A stretch of DNA of 64,000 nt from Diadema antillarum (lineage: Eukaryota): contig NW_027272185.1 of the NCBI RefSeq assembly GCF_040938485.1, positions 310,001 to 374,000 on the forward strand, in the 5' to 3' direction. Shown piece by piece: positions 35,470 through 50,241 of this stretch. The number at the start of each line of letters is the position of its first letter. Positions within the stretch are counted from its first letter, which is position 1. Both the position numbers and the translations under genes were made by a program. The notes below the pieces were generated by a model, which was not told the origin of the DNA, searched no databases, and worked only from the letters and a program-made list of their open reading frames with translations.

Positions 35470-38400
35470 CCTACACAGCCCGCACGACACACGTCCAGTG
35501 ACAGTCTGTGACTGCAATTAGATATTGTTGGTCAGTTCCTAGACTGTTGGTTCAAGGCACCTTCCTTCTTGTTCATCCAAGTGATAACAAAGGCGAGAAT
35601 ACATTGATCCGCTGCCAATGCGGATGGCTCATTCCGGCGCCTCGCACGTCCTAAACCCGGCGCTCACAGGAGGTCTGTTCGTTGAAGTGTTAAAGGCTAC
35701 CCGTCTACAAGTATAGCTCGGATTAGTGTGTATGTGTGTGGGTTTTTTTTTCAAAAATACGCAACGTGACGTCTACCGCTTCCCCATAAGTTGAATCTTC
35801 CAAAGATTGGCATAATCACTTTAACTGCAGTGATAGTTCAAAAATGTCAAGCAAGCATTCCATTCCCATCATGAATAAGATACGGTGTATACTCAACCTC
35901 TTTAGCCGATCTGAGCTGTCATCTTGCCTTTAAGGCTGCCGGAAAAGATCCGAAGTCAAAAATCAATCCAGTAGTCAATCTGTAACAGACGATTTCAATA
36001 TGATATTTGTTGCAGTTATTCCTACCACCTACCCGAGAGATAAAGATCGAATGACGTAGGATTTAACACACCGTTTCGTTTAAGACGTTTAAAGTCAGTT
36101 GAAAAGTCGTATGACATCGCAAGCTGAGTGTGCGAACAGACACTTTGACCATGGTGTACTGAGCACTGCTCTTTTGGAGGGCTATCAGGGATGTGAGCAA
36201 AATGATATGATGAAAAACATGCAAACGACAAAAACAAAGACCAAAGGAAATCGTCGAGAGCGCCACCGATTTCAAGGGGCCAAAATTGCTTCACTGCTTA
36301 CACATTCCAGTAGCGTGTACGCGTGTGTGTGTGTACGCGTGTGAGTCTGTGTGCGTATGTGTGCGCATGTTTGTGTCTGTGCGTGCTTGATGTTGGGATA
36401 TATTTCATAATCATCATTTTCCGATTCTGATGTTTTTTTCGTAATGTATCTCGATGTATGGAGATCATTTTTGCAGGTAGTCGTTTTTAACTATCTTTTG
36501 ATGGCTGTATACACTTGAGAGATATTCCGATATTGTAATATTACGGTGGCACATTCAAGAAATACATGATTTATGGCATATGAACAGGCCCCTTATGCGT
36601 TTTAGTCTTGTGTATGCTATACTTTTATTCAATATACGCAAGTTGAATAATATGATCTACACTTATATGGCAGGGAATGGAAGCAAAATGATATATGAGG
36701 AGGGTCTTTCACCTATACTTCATGTGAAACATTGATCCTCGAGCAACGTTCATGATTTCCAGTGTCATTAACCCCTGCAAATGACAACATACAGAAAGAG
36801 CTCCTGTCTATATCCCCAGCCCCTCTCTGATCTCTTTATAGACATAGAGAGATCAGGCATGCTCCCCCCCCCCCTTCCGCCCACACATAATGGACCTGAA
36901 TACGTTGAAAAAAAAAAATCGGCATTGATGGCGTAGTGTACTTTTGCTCCTGATGTCATTATATCACATACGATTAAGTTCATTCACTGATGGAAAGAAA
37001 AAAAAAAAAACAATCCAAGCAACTCATCGTTTCTTTCTTCGAATTACGAAACACAGAGGGATTTCAAAGAGATTAATTTCATATTTTGTGATATTTCGAG
37101 CCAAAACGATATCTCGATAGTCGTTTTTACTGCCTCATCTATGCCAGAATAGATCTGCATGTATAAGGTATGCAGTCTTTTGACTTGATTTATTCTCTCG
37201 CCGAGCCCCGTGTGGTTGGTTCCTGTATTCCGGCGGGATTCTCCTCTGATTTTCCTTGATGAGAGGGAATTGGCCAAGATGAAATCCTTTCAGCCGATCA
37301 GCGGTTAATGCACGATGCTCGATCGTATCCTTACGTCGTACGCAAGTGGCGTACAAGAGCCATCAGCCTGCAGGCGAGCATTTCATACATGGGCCACGGA
37401 ATGTATTTTTTAATGTTTGTGTATGTGAAGGAAAGGTGGCATACAGGCTGGCTCGGGCGAGTTGGTGATGGAACCTTCTGTTGAACCCTGTGTTTTTAGT
37501 GGTTTGCAGTATATTTTTCTCTTGTATCTTTATTTTTTTCGCAATAACCAACATAGATATTTTTTTAATGCGCAGGAGGGGGAGGGGTGTGGCTTGAGCT
37601 GCAGCCCCCCCCCCTTTCCCCTTTGTGTAACCACTGTGATGTACTTTAACTTTACTTAGGCCACATCCTCCGCCATATCAGAACATCATCCAGTTATGTA
37701 TGACCGCAGCTATTTCATTAGGATGGAACAAGGAGCATGTGATCGACTATCGGACTTTTAGGGTCTATCACTGACGCCTTTAAGACTGTCTTGTGGTTTG
37801 CAACAGCAACAATGGCTAAGCTAAAAAACAAGAAAACATAGATACTCCACTCCATCATGGGCAAATTTACTTTAAAAATAGAGTACATTAAGGAAGGAAG
37901 GAGCTGTCAAACAACGGAAATAAAATCAAAGAGTTATGCCATGTAAGAATTTTGTATGTGCTAGCCAAAACTGACATTAATGAAGAAGTGATATTACATC
38001 ACCTGAAAACTCTTCGTTTGGTTTTGTGCGCGCGCATGGACACAAAAATATCACTGAAATAGTGTTTTTATCAATTATAACTACACAGTCCCAATGGAAA
38101 TAAATGCCATCGTAGCAGGTTAACACCGGATGACAATAATTCAAAGTGAAGGACATGATTTGTTCTTTTCGATTTCACATCTAAATAGGATCTCAATGTG
38201 CGAAGATCTCTGCAAAGGTTGGTGAGAGGTCTATGAGGAGATGACATCACCATTTCTCCAAAAGTGAGTGAGCGGTTAGAAAATGAACTGTGCACACATT
38301 GAAAATCCTATGACTTTCTTATCTTCGCATGATTTTACTCTATTCTGTAAAGGTCAACTTGAACGTAGGCAGGAATCGCAATTTGATACAATTCTAGGGG

Positions 38401-38789
38401 GAATATTCAAAGTTTACTATTTGATTAAAATTGGTTTTGAAATGACTGATATATCCAAAAACCAAGTACAACAAATTGGTCTCAGTGAAAGATGGGTCTC
38501 ACCTATTGTTAGGACCTCTTTGTTTTTGGATACACAATTTTCATTGAATAAACTTTGAATTCCTTTTAGAATTGTATGCTCTTTCATATCTTATAAGAGG
38601 TTTCTAATTATGTATTAAAAAAGTTGGAAACCTGAAGCCCCATCTCAACCAAAGCTATACCATCCCTTTAAGCTGTGTTATTACAAGGATCCACATGCTT
38701 TCAAAAAAGAAGGGGTAACGGAACAAGGGAGGGGCCGGGGTGGGCTGGCTTCAGCCCCTAACCCACACATTTGACTCTCAAATTATAAA

Positions 38790-38954
38790 NNNNNNNNNNN
38801 NNNNNNNNNNNNNNNNNNNNNNNNNNNNNNNNNNNNNNNNNNNNNNNNNNNNNNNNNNNNNNNNNNNNNNNNNNNNNNNNNNNNNNNNNNNNNNNNNNNN
38901 NNNNNNNNNNNNNNNNNNNNNNNNNNNNNNNNNNNNNNNNNNNNNNNNNNNNNN
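38790..38954. other. Assembly gap (N run)
   Basis: Run of N. Confidence 0.98.
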
Positions 38955-39957
38955 ACATGACTTTCCAAAGGTTAGGGGGGATCTCGACGGGCATTGAACC
39001 CTGACACAGCACTACGAGAACTACAAATCCCCCTACCCCACCCCAACGCAGGAAAAAAAAATCATCGTCCTCTTAAACTAGTGTTTTCACTTATAGATAC
39101 TTATAGATGAAGTGATTGTGGCATCGCCCTGTAATTTTCTGTTGAGCCTGCCACTCGGAGTTTCGCTGAATCAAACAAGGACAGTGCATCCCTAATTCTC
39201 GTAGGGTTAGTGTAAAGTTATGATGGCTTAGCAATGACGGTATAGTCGCTAATTAGGTATACGTATTTTTATGTGGAAAAAAAAGATAATTTTGTGAACC
39301 TGTCTATGTTTATGATTTACCAATTGTTTATGGTTTCATCATGTCGCCGGAATTTCGGATCGTTGTCGGCATCCCCATGAAATATAACCAAATCTATCAA
39401 ATTTGATACATGAAAACAATTAAAATAAGTTTATTTGACATTACTTTGCCCCTGCTTCTCGGCAAAATGTCGGAAAAAAGAGAGAGGTTACAAATAACCC
39501 GATAAGGGGGCATACTACCTGTGTGTCGTGCCCCTCAAACTTGCGCGTTATTCATCGTGCACACGTCAGAGCAACTACACAGAATGTTGATAACATCAAC
39601 ATGTATTGTGTGTATTGATTATGATGAAGGACGGAATCAGAATATGAAATCATTCTTTTCGAGTCTACGGATGGCACCAGCGTAAAAATGGTATTTCGCA
39701 TGTCTTGATACAGTGTAACCGTGCCGTTTTATTCAACCGCCTCCTAAGGCCTATCTCTCCCCCTCTCTTCTCGAGATCTCTCTCCCTTTTCTCTCTCCGG
39801 CTCGACATATCTTCTCTCTCTCTCCCTCTCTTGCGAGAATAGGAATTTTTTAATTCATAAATTGATAGGATCATCCACCGTCGCTGATACGCAAAACAGA
39901 ATTAAAAAGCGAAGAGCGCAGATTTTCCAATAAGTCCAACAAAATATCGTTGTGATA

Positions 39958-40046
39958 GTATCATTGGGCAACCGTACTCTTTGTTCTCCGACCTGTTCTA
40001 TTTTGAAGAAACGCCTTGTCCTAAGCCTAACTTTTTGCATGGCAAC
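39958..40046 (+). promoter_or_regulatory. Two RFX X-box-like motifs in the AK8 proximal promoter / 5' UTR
   Basis: GTATCATTGGGCAAC (39958-39972) and TTTTGCATGGCAAC (40033-40046) each contain a perfect GGCAAC half-site, within 125 bp of the ATG of a ciliary gene. Confidence 0.45.
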
Positions 40047-40082
40047 GACGTTCATCCGTGTATCAACAACTTGTAATAAAAT

Positions 40083-43000
40083 ATGGATCAAACCAAAAAG
40101 CCTTTGAGAATCCCTCCTCAGTTTGGAACGTATGCTGAAAGGCATGGCATATTTGAGCTTTACAAGGTAGGAGGTATACTTCCAAGATATCTGTTGTAAA
40201 AACTTGATAATTATTGAAGTTGTGCGTTGTTACTGTGTGTTGAGTGATATTACGGTCCCACCCGTTTAATACTGTGTGTGCTGTATTGTCATCGCAGCCA
40301 GAGTGGCTGGCCGTGGCTAAATCAAAGGCAGAGCCAAAGCCGTATCCCGAAATATCTGTTAATTAATATCAGACTATAGAACCCACTACCAAAATAAAAA
40401 TGAATCAGTAAAGATGTTTTTGAAAATCATAGTTTTGAAGTTTCCATTGGTTTGCAGAGCAGGCGCCGGGTTCTTTTGAGTAGAAAAGATGGGATAGATT
40501 TTACATAACACGTAAATTTATTATAGACTCTAACGTTAAATAATGGGGTCCATTAACTGTTACAATAGTTGTAGAATGATGACATTGTGGTCTGTGAAAT
40601 AGATAGGATCTAGACCATATTCTAGGGTCTAACAGGTACGGGTCTACCCCAAAATTAATGCCAAAAAAAAAAAAAAAAAAATGGAACATCTGCAGAATGC
40701 CCGTCACATCGTTGCACATAAATTTTAATATATGTGTGCTGGTTGCAATTACCATACCACTCTACACAGCTAAAATTGATTCTACCTTACCCTTGCTACA
40801 AGTGTAGCTTATGTATGGATGCACGTATGCATGCACCGCGCACATTCAGCTCATGACAGAATATTCTGCTTAGATATTCTGCAGTTAAGCCAAGAATTTA
40901 ATGTGACAATGACTGTTCACTTCAGATAATCAGAGTCAATCAGTCATGGCTCATGCTGTATCTGTTTAATGTTTAGCATTGGTAATTTACATACTATAAA
41001 TTTACCCGATATGGAACCAGCTGAAGTAGGTTTCTATATGTTGCTGCACATGTCCTGCTAGAGTCTACTTCTACTTCTACGAAGATACTCAGCAGGATCC
41101 ATAAGTCAGGATGTAGTGCTAAGATTTAGACAAGGTAGGGCCTATTAGCTTTTTAGTGTAAAAGCTGTTATTTTTGCTAGGGTTTAATTTTTGTGAATTT
41201 TGTGAAGCACTGTTGGTGTCGGGCCACTTATTTTACAACATGCAAAAATATCACCATGTACATGTATTCTACAGTAAAGTGGCAGAGTGAATGGACAGGC
41301 AGCAATTGCGCAATTACAATACATTACCCTTGGTGTCAGTTGAAAACATCAGTTTGCAAAAATGTCTGTGACCTCTTCATCCCTGAAAATATCTGTAGAT
41401 TGATGAAAAATTAAAATTTGTACAGTATATACACCCTTATAAGATTTAGCATTGTAAATAAATGTACATTACACAGCATAGATTGATGAAAAATTAAAAT
41501 TTTTACAGTATATACACCCTTTTAAGATTTAGCATTGTAAATAAATGTACATTACACAGCGTAGATTGATGAAAAATTAAAATTTTTACAGTATATGCAC
41601 CCTTTTAAGATTTAGCATTGTAAATAAATGTACAATACACAGCATCTAGATCTGACTTTGAATAGTGTCCTGTCAATGTTTCAAAGTGACACACCAATCA
41701 TTTGTCTCAATCTACAATAGACTGGCTATGTAAAAGCTTAGAAACGTCAGTATTATGCGCTATATAAGTGTTATATATTATTATTGAATTATCATTATCA
41801 ATTGAAAACATTTGAAATAATTCAATCTATAGATCTTTGTCAATCAAGACTATCAACTTCACTGATGTTCAGTCCTTTCTGTGAAAACATGAACGAGTGG
41901 ACAAGTGATGACATAGACTTCTGGAGATATTGTCATCCAGAAATGCAGTAGGGTTTAGACCGAAATATCATGTCTTGTCATGTATTGTTGCAATAGCTCT
42001 AAAGTAAGAATGACAATTTCTTACATTCTTTCTCCTTTCCCCCCTCTCTCTTTCTTGTGTATATGCCTACACACACCCTCTCCTTCAAATGTACATGCTT
42101 ACACTCATACAGCACTTGATCGAGGGACTGCTCGTAAGCAAACCACAGGATCCTCTTGAGTTCCTTCTCGAACAGCTGAAGAGAGACAACAATGACAGTA
42201 AGTTTATATTTTCTCTTCTCCTTCTGTGAATACAGATATACAGTGTATGTTGCTACCAAGTGATTATATGTGTTGAGTCATTGAGGGAAACTGTTCTTCT
42301 GTGTGACTTTTGTGTGATAAAACAAGAGGATAAATTGTCAGACCTGAACATATTATGTTTTGAGAGTGAGGAACATATCCATCTCATGATGTTCACAATT
42401 TTACAATTACCTCGGGATAATAGCCCGTGATCTAAAGGCAAGTGAAAGATATGCATACTGAGCGTAGCTTTTCATTTGTACGTGTAGAAAGCTACGAATC
42501 ATGTATATTTCGGTCTGTTACTTCTTACCTAACCTCTGACATGAGCCCACATTTGATTTTAACTGTTTTGATGTCAAGTGCTGTGTTCAAACAAATTTTA
42601 ATGAATGTACAAACCTTTCCAAAATAAATCTTGTCAAGAGGCCATACAATGTAAACAGTTTATGCAAAATATTGTCTCTCTTTCTCTCTGTGACTGCGAT
42701 GTTCTCGTAGCACCAGCAATCATCATTCATGGGCCCCCTGCCTCAGGGAAGACCACTATAGCCCGTATGGTGAGTGCCCAGCTGAGGGCGGCATACATCA
42801 GCAAGGAGACTCTGCTCTCAGATGATGTCTCGGCGGTGGCAGCCAAGGCCAAAGCCCACCAGGCAAAGGGAGAGGTGGGTACAAGTGTGGCTGAACTACG
42901 TCCTTGTCTCTGTTTGTCATCTTATTGCAGTGTCATGGAACATGCTACGACCCATTTTTTCTCTCTACTTTTCTTTTTCTTTGTAAAACAACAACCACGA

Positions 43001-46000
43001 CACATTCAAGTCTGTTGATAGAAGCATCATCTTCTGTCCAAATGTTTAAGACAACGTGTTGTAACTGGGGCTAGGACTTAGCTTGTAAAGTTTGAAATTA
43101 TGATCAAAGATGCCATAGGATAGCATTGAGTTTGGGATCAAGGGTGATGGTGACAGAAAGAAAGAGCAGAACGGACAGTGTTGTTTGTGATCAAACCATG
43201 TGTCTTCCCCCTTCTCCACACACTGGGATTTAGACTCAAAATTCAATGTGTTGAGAAGATAGAACTCTTCATAATGACAGTGTTACAAGGAATGTACAAG
43301 TGACACGTACGCAGTATTCGTCTCATGGTCCTTGCATTATGCAATCATCTACTTGTTCCATCTGTATGGTACTTGAATATCGCATGTGAATTAGGTAGGC
43401 TGCAAATGTATACAGTCACATGCTGAACTTGTTTAACTAGAAACTGGCCATCTTTTAATTTCCTTGTCAAAGAGATTCCTAACACTCTACCGCTTTCACT
43501 CATCTCTGACCTTTCAGCCTGTGCCAACGCCGGTGTGGGTGGAGTTGATCCAGAACCGGGTGAAGCTCTTTGACTGTGTGAGGAAAGGCTGGGTGTTTGA
43601 TGGGTTTCCAGACACAAGGGAACAGGCATTGGCCCTGCAGGAGATTGGTGTTAGCCCCAAGCACTTTGGTAAGGCTATCATTTGGTGACATGCCAAGTTT
43701 CCAGCTGCTGCAAGGCTGTATAGAGTACCAAAGTGTGACATCATAGCCATTCATTGCCATGGACTCTGGTTCTAAATAACCTCATGTAACCTGAATATCA
43801 GTGAACACAATGGTTGCTAACCATCCTCATACCTTGTTCCAACCCATTGCCTGAAGCCTTGTGCAAGGGTATTTCTTGTGGAACCAGCACTAAGTTCTAA
43901 CAAAAGACTGTCATTATCACTTTGGTACTCCATACCACCATTGTTCAGTTATTCACTTGACTTACCAGTGGCATATTTGATGGATTCACATCTTTCTGTG
44001 CACTGGTACATGTACAATGAGATTGGCTAGATGAATTTCTGTCAGCTTTCAATGCATAGTAATTTATTCCTTACTGTCCAGATAGGAGTGAGATGCATGA
44101 CCAACCAATAATGCACTACCCTTTGTGTACTGTGTATTAAGTAATATTTGAAGATTTGACTTCCTATTATCGTCTTGCTACAATTATAATCAGTTTGTGT
44201 ATATTATCACGGAACTATGTCATAATTTAGCAATGGTGCGTTTGCTGTCCCAAGTGCCACAATGTCTACAGAACTGTGAATATAAAATTGGTGCTCATTT
44301 TTGGATGTTTCACCAAGAATTTGTTGTGCTTAAATCATGTGGATGACGTTAAATATGTCACATTTCATTCAGTACCTGGATGAAAATGAGCTGTGTAAAA
44401 TGTCTATGAGGACATTTTTTAGATTTTTTTTTTTAATCAGGAAGCCAATTCTGCCTTTGAGTGGAAAATGGTGACATGAATTTATGCTAGAAGATTTACT
44501 TCATATTTTTTCCTGTCAGTTATCCTGGAAGCTCCTGATACAGTGCTCATTGAACGGCAAATGGGAAAGAGAATTGATCCAGAAACCGGAGGTTAGTAAT
44601 ATGTAGCGCTCAATTACATTTGTTTTCATCAATTCATTGCGGTGATATGGTAGGAGAAATATGTTTTAAAGTCCCATGACCACTAGTCAAATCCTTGTAT
44701 GGGAATGCTTTTGCAATATCATGCAGACCCATAGTGGTATCCTCATACATGTATGCATTATCCATTGCGTATCATTTGCGTCTCTTCTTTTCTTGTGTAT
44801 AACTTTAAACTTCATTTAGTGAACCTTTTGTTGCATTTGCTGCTGAATGGCATTGTTGGGAATGTGTCATCTTCAAATTACTGATGTGTCAAAATGGCCT
44901 TTGTGCCCAGCTGTTGCAGTTTTCACACTTTAGTGGCTTTGTCAAGCTTTTTTAACAGGTACATTATTATTTTGTGGGGGAAGGGGTAGCTAGCTAAAAG
45001 CATCTGAAATAGTTTGTAATTTTAATTGTATGCATTGGCTTTTTCATGTTTAACAGCAAAATTGAGTAAACGTACTTATCTTATTGAACAGAACCAGAAA
45101 TCTGTTTCTGAGATGAAATGTAACATTGTATGTGTCTGTCTCATTACCAAACGGAATTGTCCTCTTACCTCCTTCCCCTCTTTCACTTTCCATCTCCCAG
45201 ACGTGTACCACACAACGTTTGACTATCCAAGCAGTGCAGATGTGGAGAGGCGACTTGTTGAGCCCCCCGAAGGGTGCGGGGAAGCGGCCATGGTGGACCG
45301 TCTGGTCCTGTACCACCGATTCATCCCAGGGCTGCAGACAGCCTTTGAGAAGTACACCAAGGCCATTAACGCTGACCAGCCCAAAGCTGATGTTTACTCA
45401 CAGGGTATGGAGAAGAGCTATTGATTCACGTATTGTTCAGCGATTCACTTCACTTCCAGTAGTTCCATAGCAAGAATGAGCTTCCGTCGTTCTAGTTTAT
45501 AGCTTTAACAAAGAAGGTCTCAGATATTCAAAACAGGAGTTTATCTTCTGTTCCATATAAGTCACATTTTTCGTTTTCTGCAGCATGATGTATTTTGTTG
45601 ATTCATGATATCAAATAAAAAGAAATAGGCTACAAATTTGCTGAAGAAATGTCTCACCCCCTCCCCCAAAAAAATGAAAATGGAGGTGTCTTCAGTAAAG
45701 GTATCATGTTGCATTGACATTAATGAAGTAAATGTATATATTGATTTACATTATGGAATAGTAAATACCTGTACATTAATGACACTTGGTTAAAATCTGT
45801 TCAATTATTAGTAAGTCATCCTGTACCTTTTATGTGTATTCTCATGTTGTCTATTTTTCATTCCTCCCTGCAGTGACCACCTTCTTGAGCTCTAAGCCAC
45901 GGTCGCTGGCCCCTCACAACCCCCGCATCATTCTCCTCGGCCCCACAGGCAGTGGCAAGAGTGTCCAGGCTGCTCTCTTGGCCAGCAAATACAACATCAT

Positions 46001-48536
46001 CAATGGTATGTGAATCTCTTTCTCTCCTTCATTTTCCCCACTAGGTCTGTCTCAACACATAATGTACTGAGTAGCTGAGACCCACGTGTGGTGACTGGTC
46101 CGGCTCCAAATGACAATTCCTTCATAACTACTCGTGAATACATGCAATTCTTTTGTTTTCTCTTTTTTTTATCACTTTCCTCTTTTTTTTTTGCGATGCT
46201 TATGATAAGTGGCAATCATTTCACTCTATTTCACCATTATTTTGATATTCATGACTCCGTTGTGTCCCTTTAAGAGAAATTGAGGAGGCTATTGTCAGAG
46301 TCTGAATCCTAAGTTCCTTGGTCTCCTACTCCTTCCAAGGCCACTTCAAGCACTCAGTCCTCTCATTCTTTTCACTATTAAGCATTTACTTGCCCTGAAG
46401 CCATGTGAAATAAATCAAAACTCAATTATTTTCAGTTTAATTGTCCAACTTGCTACAGTTGACAGTGTTGAGGGACCATGCTGCATAATAGAAAGCACAA
46501 CTGACAACTGTTCTGCAAAGAATTTAGTGAGAATATACACAGCACAAGAACAGTGCTGTACATTGCTGATAAGTAATGATTTTTCAGTACTCAAATTGTT
46601 TTAATAGTGAAAACTTGACACTTAAAGTAAAGTAGCCTGTTTCTGTAGCTTTAGCTGTCTGAGCCACACAGTTATCATGCAAAAATTTCAGTAACAACAA
46701 ACGTACATCGAGTCAAGACTTGAACCTCTATATGCTCATGTATTTTTTATTGTCTGTTTGTCTTTCTAGTTTCCTCAGGACAGCTTGTCAAAGAAGCCAT
46801 CTCTAATGAGTCCAAGATTGGAGAGGCTATCAAACCATACGTTGAGAGGAACATGCTTGGTAAGTCACTATCTGTCGGAGGAATTAAGAATAAAAACATT
46901 ATTGAACGTTTTTGTTTTTGTCTTCTTCTTTTGCTCGTTCTGCTGACCAAACTGCTTGGCCAGTTTCCAAATGCCCTCAGTGGTGACTCGCCTAAAGATT
47001 TTAGTGCTTATGGCAATAACAAAGAAAATGAATGTCAATATCATTCTTCGACCAAGTACGTGAAATGGTTAAAAGAAAATGATTAAATGAAATGAATGTC
47101 TTTAAAAAGAGCACACACACAAACACACACACACACACACCAACAATCATCATCATACAGGCTGTGGATAACAGACAATAGTGTCTGGATAGGTTGTTTA
47201 AATGTAGTTGCCTCCAATTATCACTCTGCACCAATATGTCACATGGTTGATCAATGCAAAGAGGGTCATGTTTTCATCTTGCTCTCTCCCCTCACTCACT
47301 AGTCCCTGATAACCTGATGCTGAAAATCCTGGATGAGAGGCTGAGCCAGATTGACTGTTCCACACGAGGCTGGGTGCTCCGAGGCTTTCCACGGACGAGG
47401 GAGCAGGCAGAGAACCTCACGGCAGCTGGGCACGAGCCAAACCGGTGAGTTATGGAGTTGAGAAAGAAGCAAACTTTTCCTACTCCTATAAAAGAAGCAT
47501 GCTCTTGCAGCTACTACTGGCTAGGCTTAGTGTCAGAGATTTCGCTGTTCTATAATTTGCAATGACATGTAAATAAAGCAGGGCTCGACATTATCAATGG
47601 CCCGGGACCGCTAGAAATTGGTGTCAGGCCACCAAATTTCCACCAAGATCATCTTTTGGTGGCCTGGTTGGGCAGCTTAGATTCAAAATGGATTGTTATG
47701 TTTCTTTATATTATGTGCCAATACATTTCTTTCCAGGTCGTCAAAATTTTAAATTTAAGATTTGAGTGGCTCAAATGAGTCACTTGAGAAAAATATAAGT
47801 GTCAAGCCCTGACTAAGGTGAAAGAAAACTTCAATGAAATTACTGAGAATGACCTTGTATTCATCATCAGAGGTGTAGCACAATCTTTTTCTTCTTTTGT
47901 CATCTATGGCATAAATAATTTCAGATTATAGCTAAATGCCGGAAGTCAATATTCTTTCCTCCGCAAGTTCTTGGTATCAGAGTTGTGCATCATTTTCAAC
48001 AGCACAGATTGTTGTAGTAATTGTGTAGAGGGAAGAGCTGTGAAATGGTGACTAAAAGAAATAGTTGACTTTTTTTCAAGAAATATGAATTTTAATCACA
48101 TTCCATTTGTCCTAAAGCTATCTGAATGTGTAGTCTTCACTATCTCTGCCTATTAGAGGAAGGAAACTGATTTGTGTATTCCTTTCTTGACTTTCTTTCT
48201 TCACCCAGAGTGTTCTTCCTGGATGTCCCCAATGATTCTGTCTACGAGCGTCTGACCATGCGCTCCCTGGACGTTGTCACGGGCAACCGCTTCCATGCTC
48301 TGTACAACCCCGCCCCGACGTCGGACATCAAGGAGCGTCTTGCCCAGCACCCGACCGACTTTGAGGAGACTATCCGCAACCGCCTGTCTGCGTACTACAC
48401 CTATGCCGAGGAGATTGGCGACTTCTACGAAGACGCGCAGCACATCAACGCCGACCAGGACCCCCATACGGTGTTTGAGTCTGTGGAAAGCATGCTGGTC
48501 AGCCCGTTGCCACGGAAACTACCCGCTCAGGAATGA
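40083..48536 (+). CDS. AK8: Adenylate kinase 8 (two tandem AK domains, N-terminal docking/Dpy-30-like motif), 10 exons, 483 aa
   Basis: Exons 40083-40166, 42113-42197, 42711-42874, 43518-43668, 44520-44591, 45201-45404, 45874-46005, 46770-46859, 47303-47444, 48209-48536; 1452 nt in frame. Colinear with vertebrate AK8 as I recall it: [26 protein letters not shown], two P-loops ([18 protein letters not shown]), GWVFDGFP / [41 protein letters not shown]. Confidence 0.95.
41396..41644. repeat. Tandem repeat, 3 x 83 bp, in AK8 intron 1
   Basis: Units start at 41396, 41479 and 41562 (TAGATTGATGAAAAATTAAAATT...ACACAGC) and are nearly identical. Confidence 0.95.
47579..47811. mobile_element. Short TIR element (CAGGGCT[C/T]GACA ends) in AK8 intron 9
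   Basis: 14-bp imperfect TIR CAGGGCTCGACATT / AGTGTCAAGCCCTG; TSD not clear. Confidence 0.6.
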
Positions 48537-49935
48537 GAGGATGAGAGCGAGACCTGTGTGTTCTGTTCTCCTTCTCCCAGTTCCCATGATCCTAAGATGA
48601 ACTTTGATGAGATGCAGAAATGTTTGTCTCATCACAGACTAACACACAAATGGGCCAACCTCTCTTACGTCCCAGATGAAATGTGTTATCCTAGTTTTTT
48701 TCCTTTTTTTTTTTTTACAGTTGCTTTTATGCAAACTCAGATGAAACACGTTTTATGTATGTTGCTTCTGAGTTTTTTTAGACATTTAATACCTGGACCA
48801 GTCTCCCCTGAGTTATGGAATTTGTTTGCAACTTTCTTTTTTTCAATTTTGATTCAATTTTGGCATAAACTCTGAAGTATCAGGATGACTTTATCTGTAC
48901 ACAATGCAGTCTTTACCATGTGAATTTACCTTTCTGAGAAATATATGATAGAAAATAAGCAACACATGCTGGCTTTGTCTGGCTTTTCTTTCTGAGCCTA
49001 GCCCTCATCCAACTTTCTTTGGAAGTCATCAAACAATTATTTTATCTTTGTGGACTTGTCTTATATATGCCATCGCTCCTCATTGCCCCGTACATACCGG
49101 AGTGCATTGGATCAAATATGTTTTGACTGAGGTAGATATATCTCTTTGACATAAGGTGATCTATACTATTTTCCGTTTAAGAAAAACAAAACTTATATGG
49201 ACATTATATAGCCTGTTTTTAAGGGCTGCAAGTATTCATTTAAAGCATCGCAGGCTTGTTGAAAGTATTGCATAATGGACTGTCCTCTTCACTTGATACC
49301 CTTTTTGAGTGACACTTGGAATACAGTGCGGCTTCACAGATGACAAAATGTGTGGAAATCTACATGATACACACAGCACTCTCATGACTCGGCATATTCT
49401 CTAAATTGCCCCCTTCATGTGGACTGCTCTCCAGTAAATGAAACATCCCCGGTTTATATTTTCTGCATACAGTCCTCCGTGTACCAATGAGAAACAAAGA
49501 AAGAAACAATAATTCTTTGTAATGCCTTGGTTTTCATCACATTCTTTTTAATGCCTTGGTTTGGTTCAGCTCACATCATTCATAAGGAATGGTTTGTGGA
49601 TAAAAATAGTCCCTGATCCTGTAATGTAAAGATGACTAATTTTTTGTGTTTGTACAATTCATGGTTTGTCATGCAGTGACAGCAGGGGGAACTGTTTGCC
49701 CAATGTATTTTGCAAGTTTTAATTATATCAAACCTTTGTCAAATGTCTATTCTTATCTGTGAAACAATTGTAAATAACATCGATGTACAAAATGTATGTG
49801 TTTCTTCAAATGGTATTCCCATTTCCTTAGTTATGTGTTTCATAGACTGGTCAATGTTATGTTGTCTTCAGTGACAAAATTATATTATTTTCCTTGCAAG
49901 ATACAGGAAAAATATTTGTACAAATTTGTAAATGT

Positions 49936-49958
49936 AATAAAGTTAATACTTCATTAAA
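49936..49958 (+). terminator. Candidate AK8 polyadenylation signals
   Basis: AATAAA (49936-49941) and ATTAAA (49953-49958) at the end of an AT-rich 1.4-kb stretch after the stop codon, followed by GT-rich sequence. Confidence 0.4.
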
Positions 49959-50241
49959 TCTGTTTATGGTGGCAATCTCTGTGATGTATGTTGGTAATGG
50001 AGACTGTGTGTGTGTAGCCGGAGTTCTTTCCAACATCTTGACATGTATTTGTTTATTTATCTATTTTTAACAGAACAGGTGCTTTGCAAGTAATTTGAGT
50101 GACCTGCCTGTATGACAATTATGATACACATCAGCACTGAATAGGTGAATGAATGATGATATGGATAGATTAGCAAGTGAATATGTACATTACTGTATGT
50201 ATATATCATAAATTCATATGATATGCAGATATATACCCACG

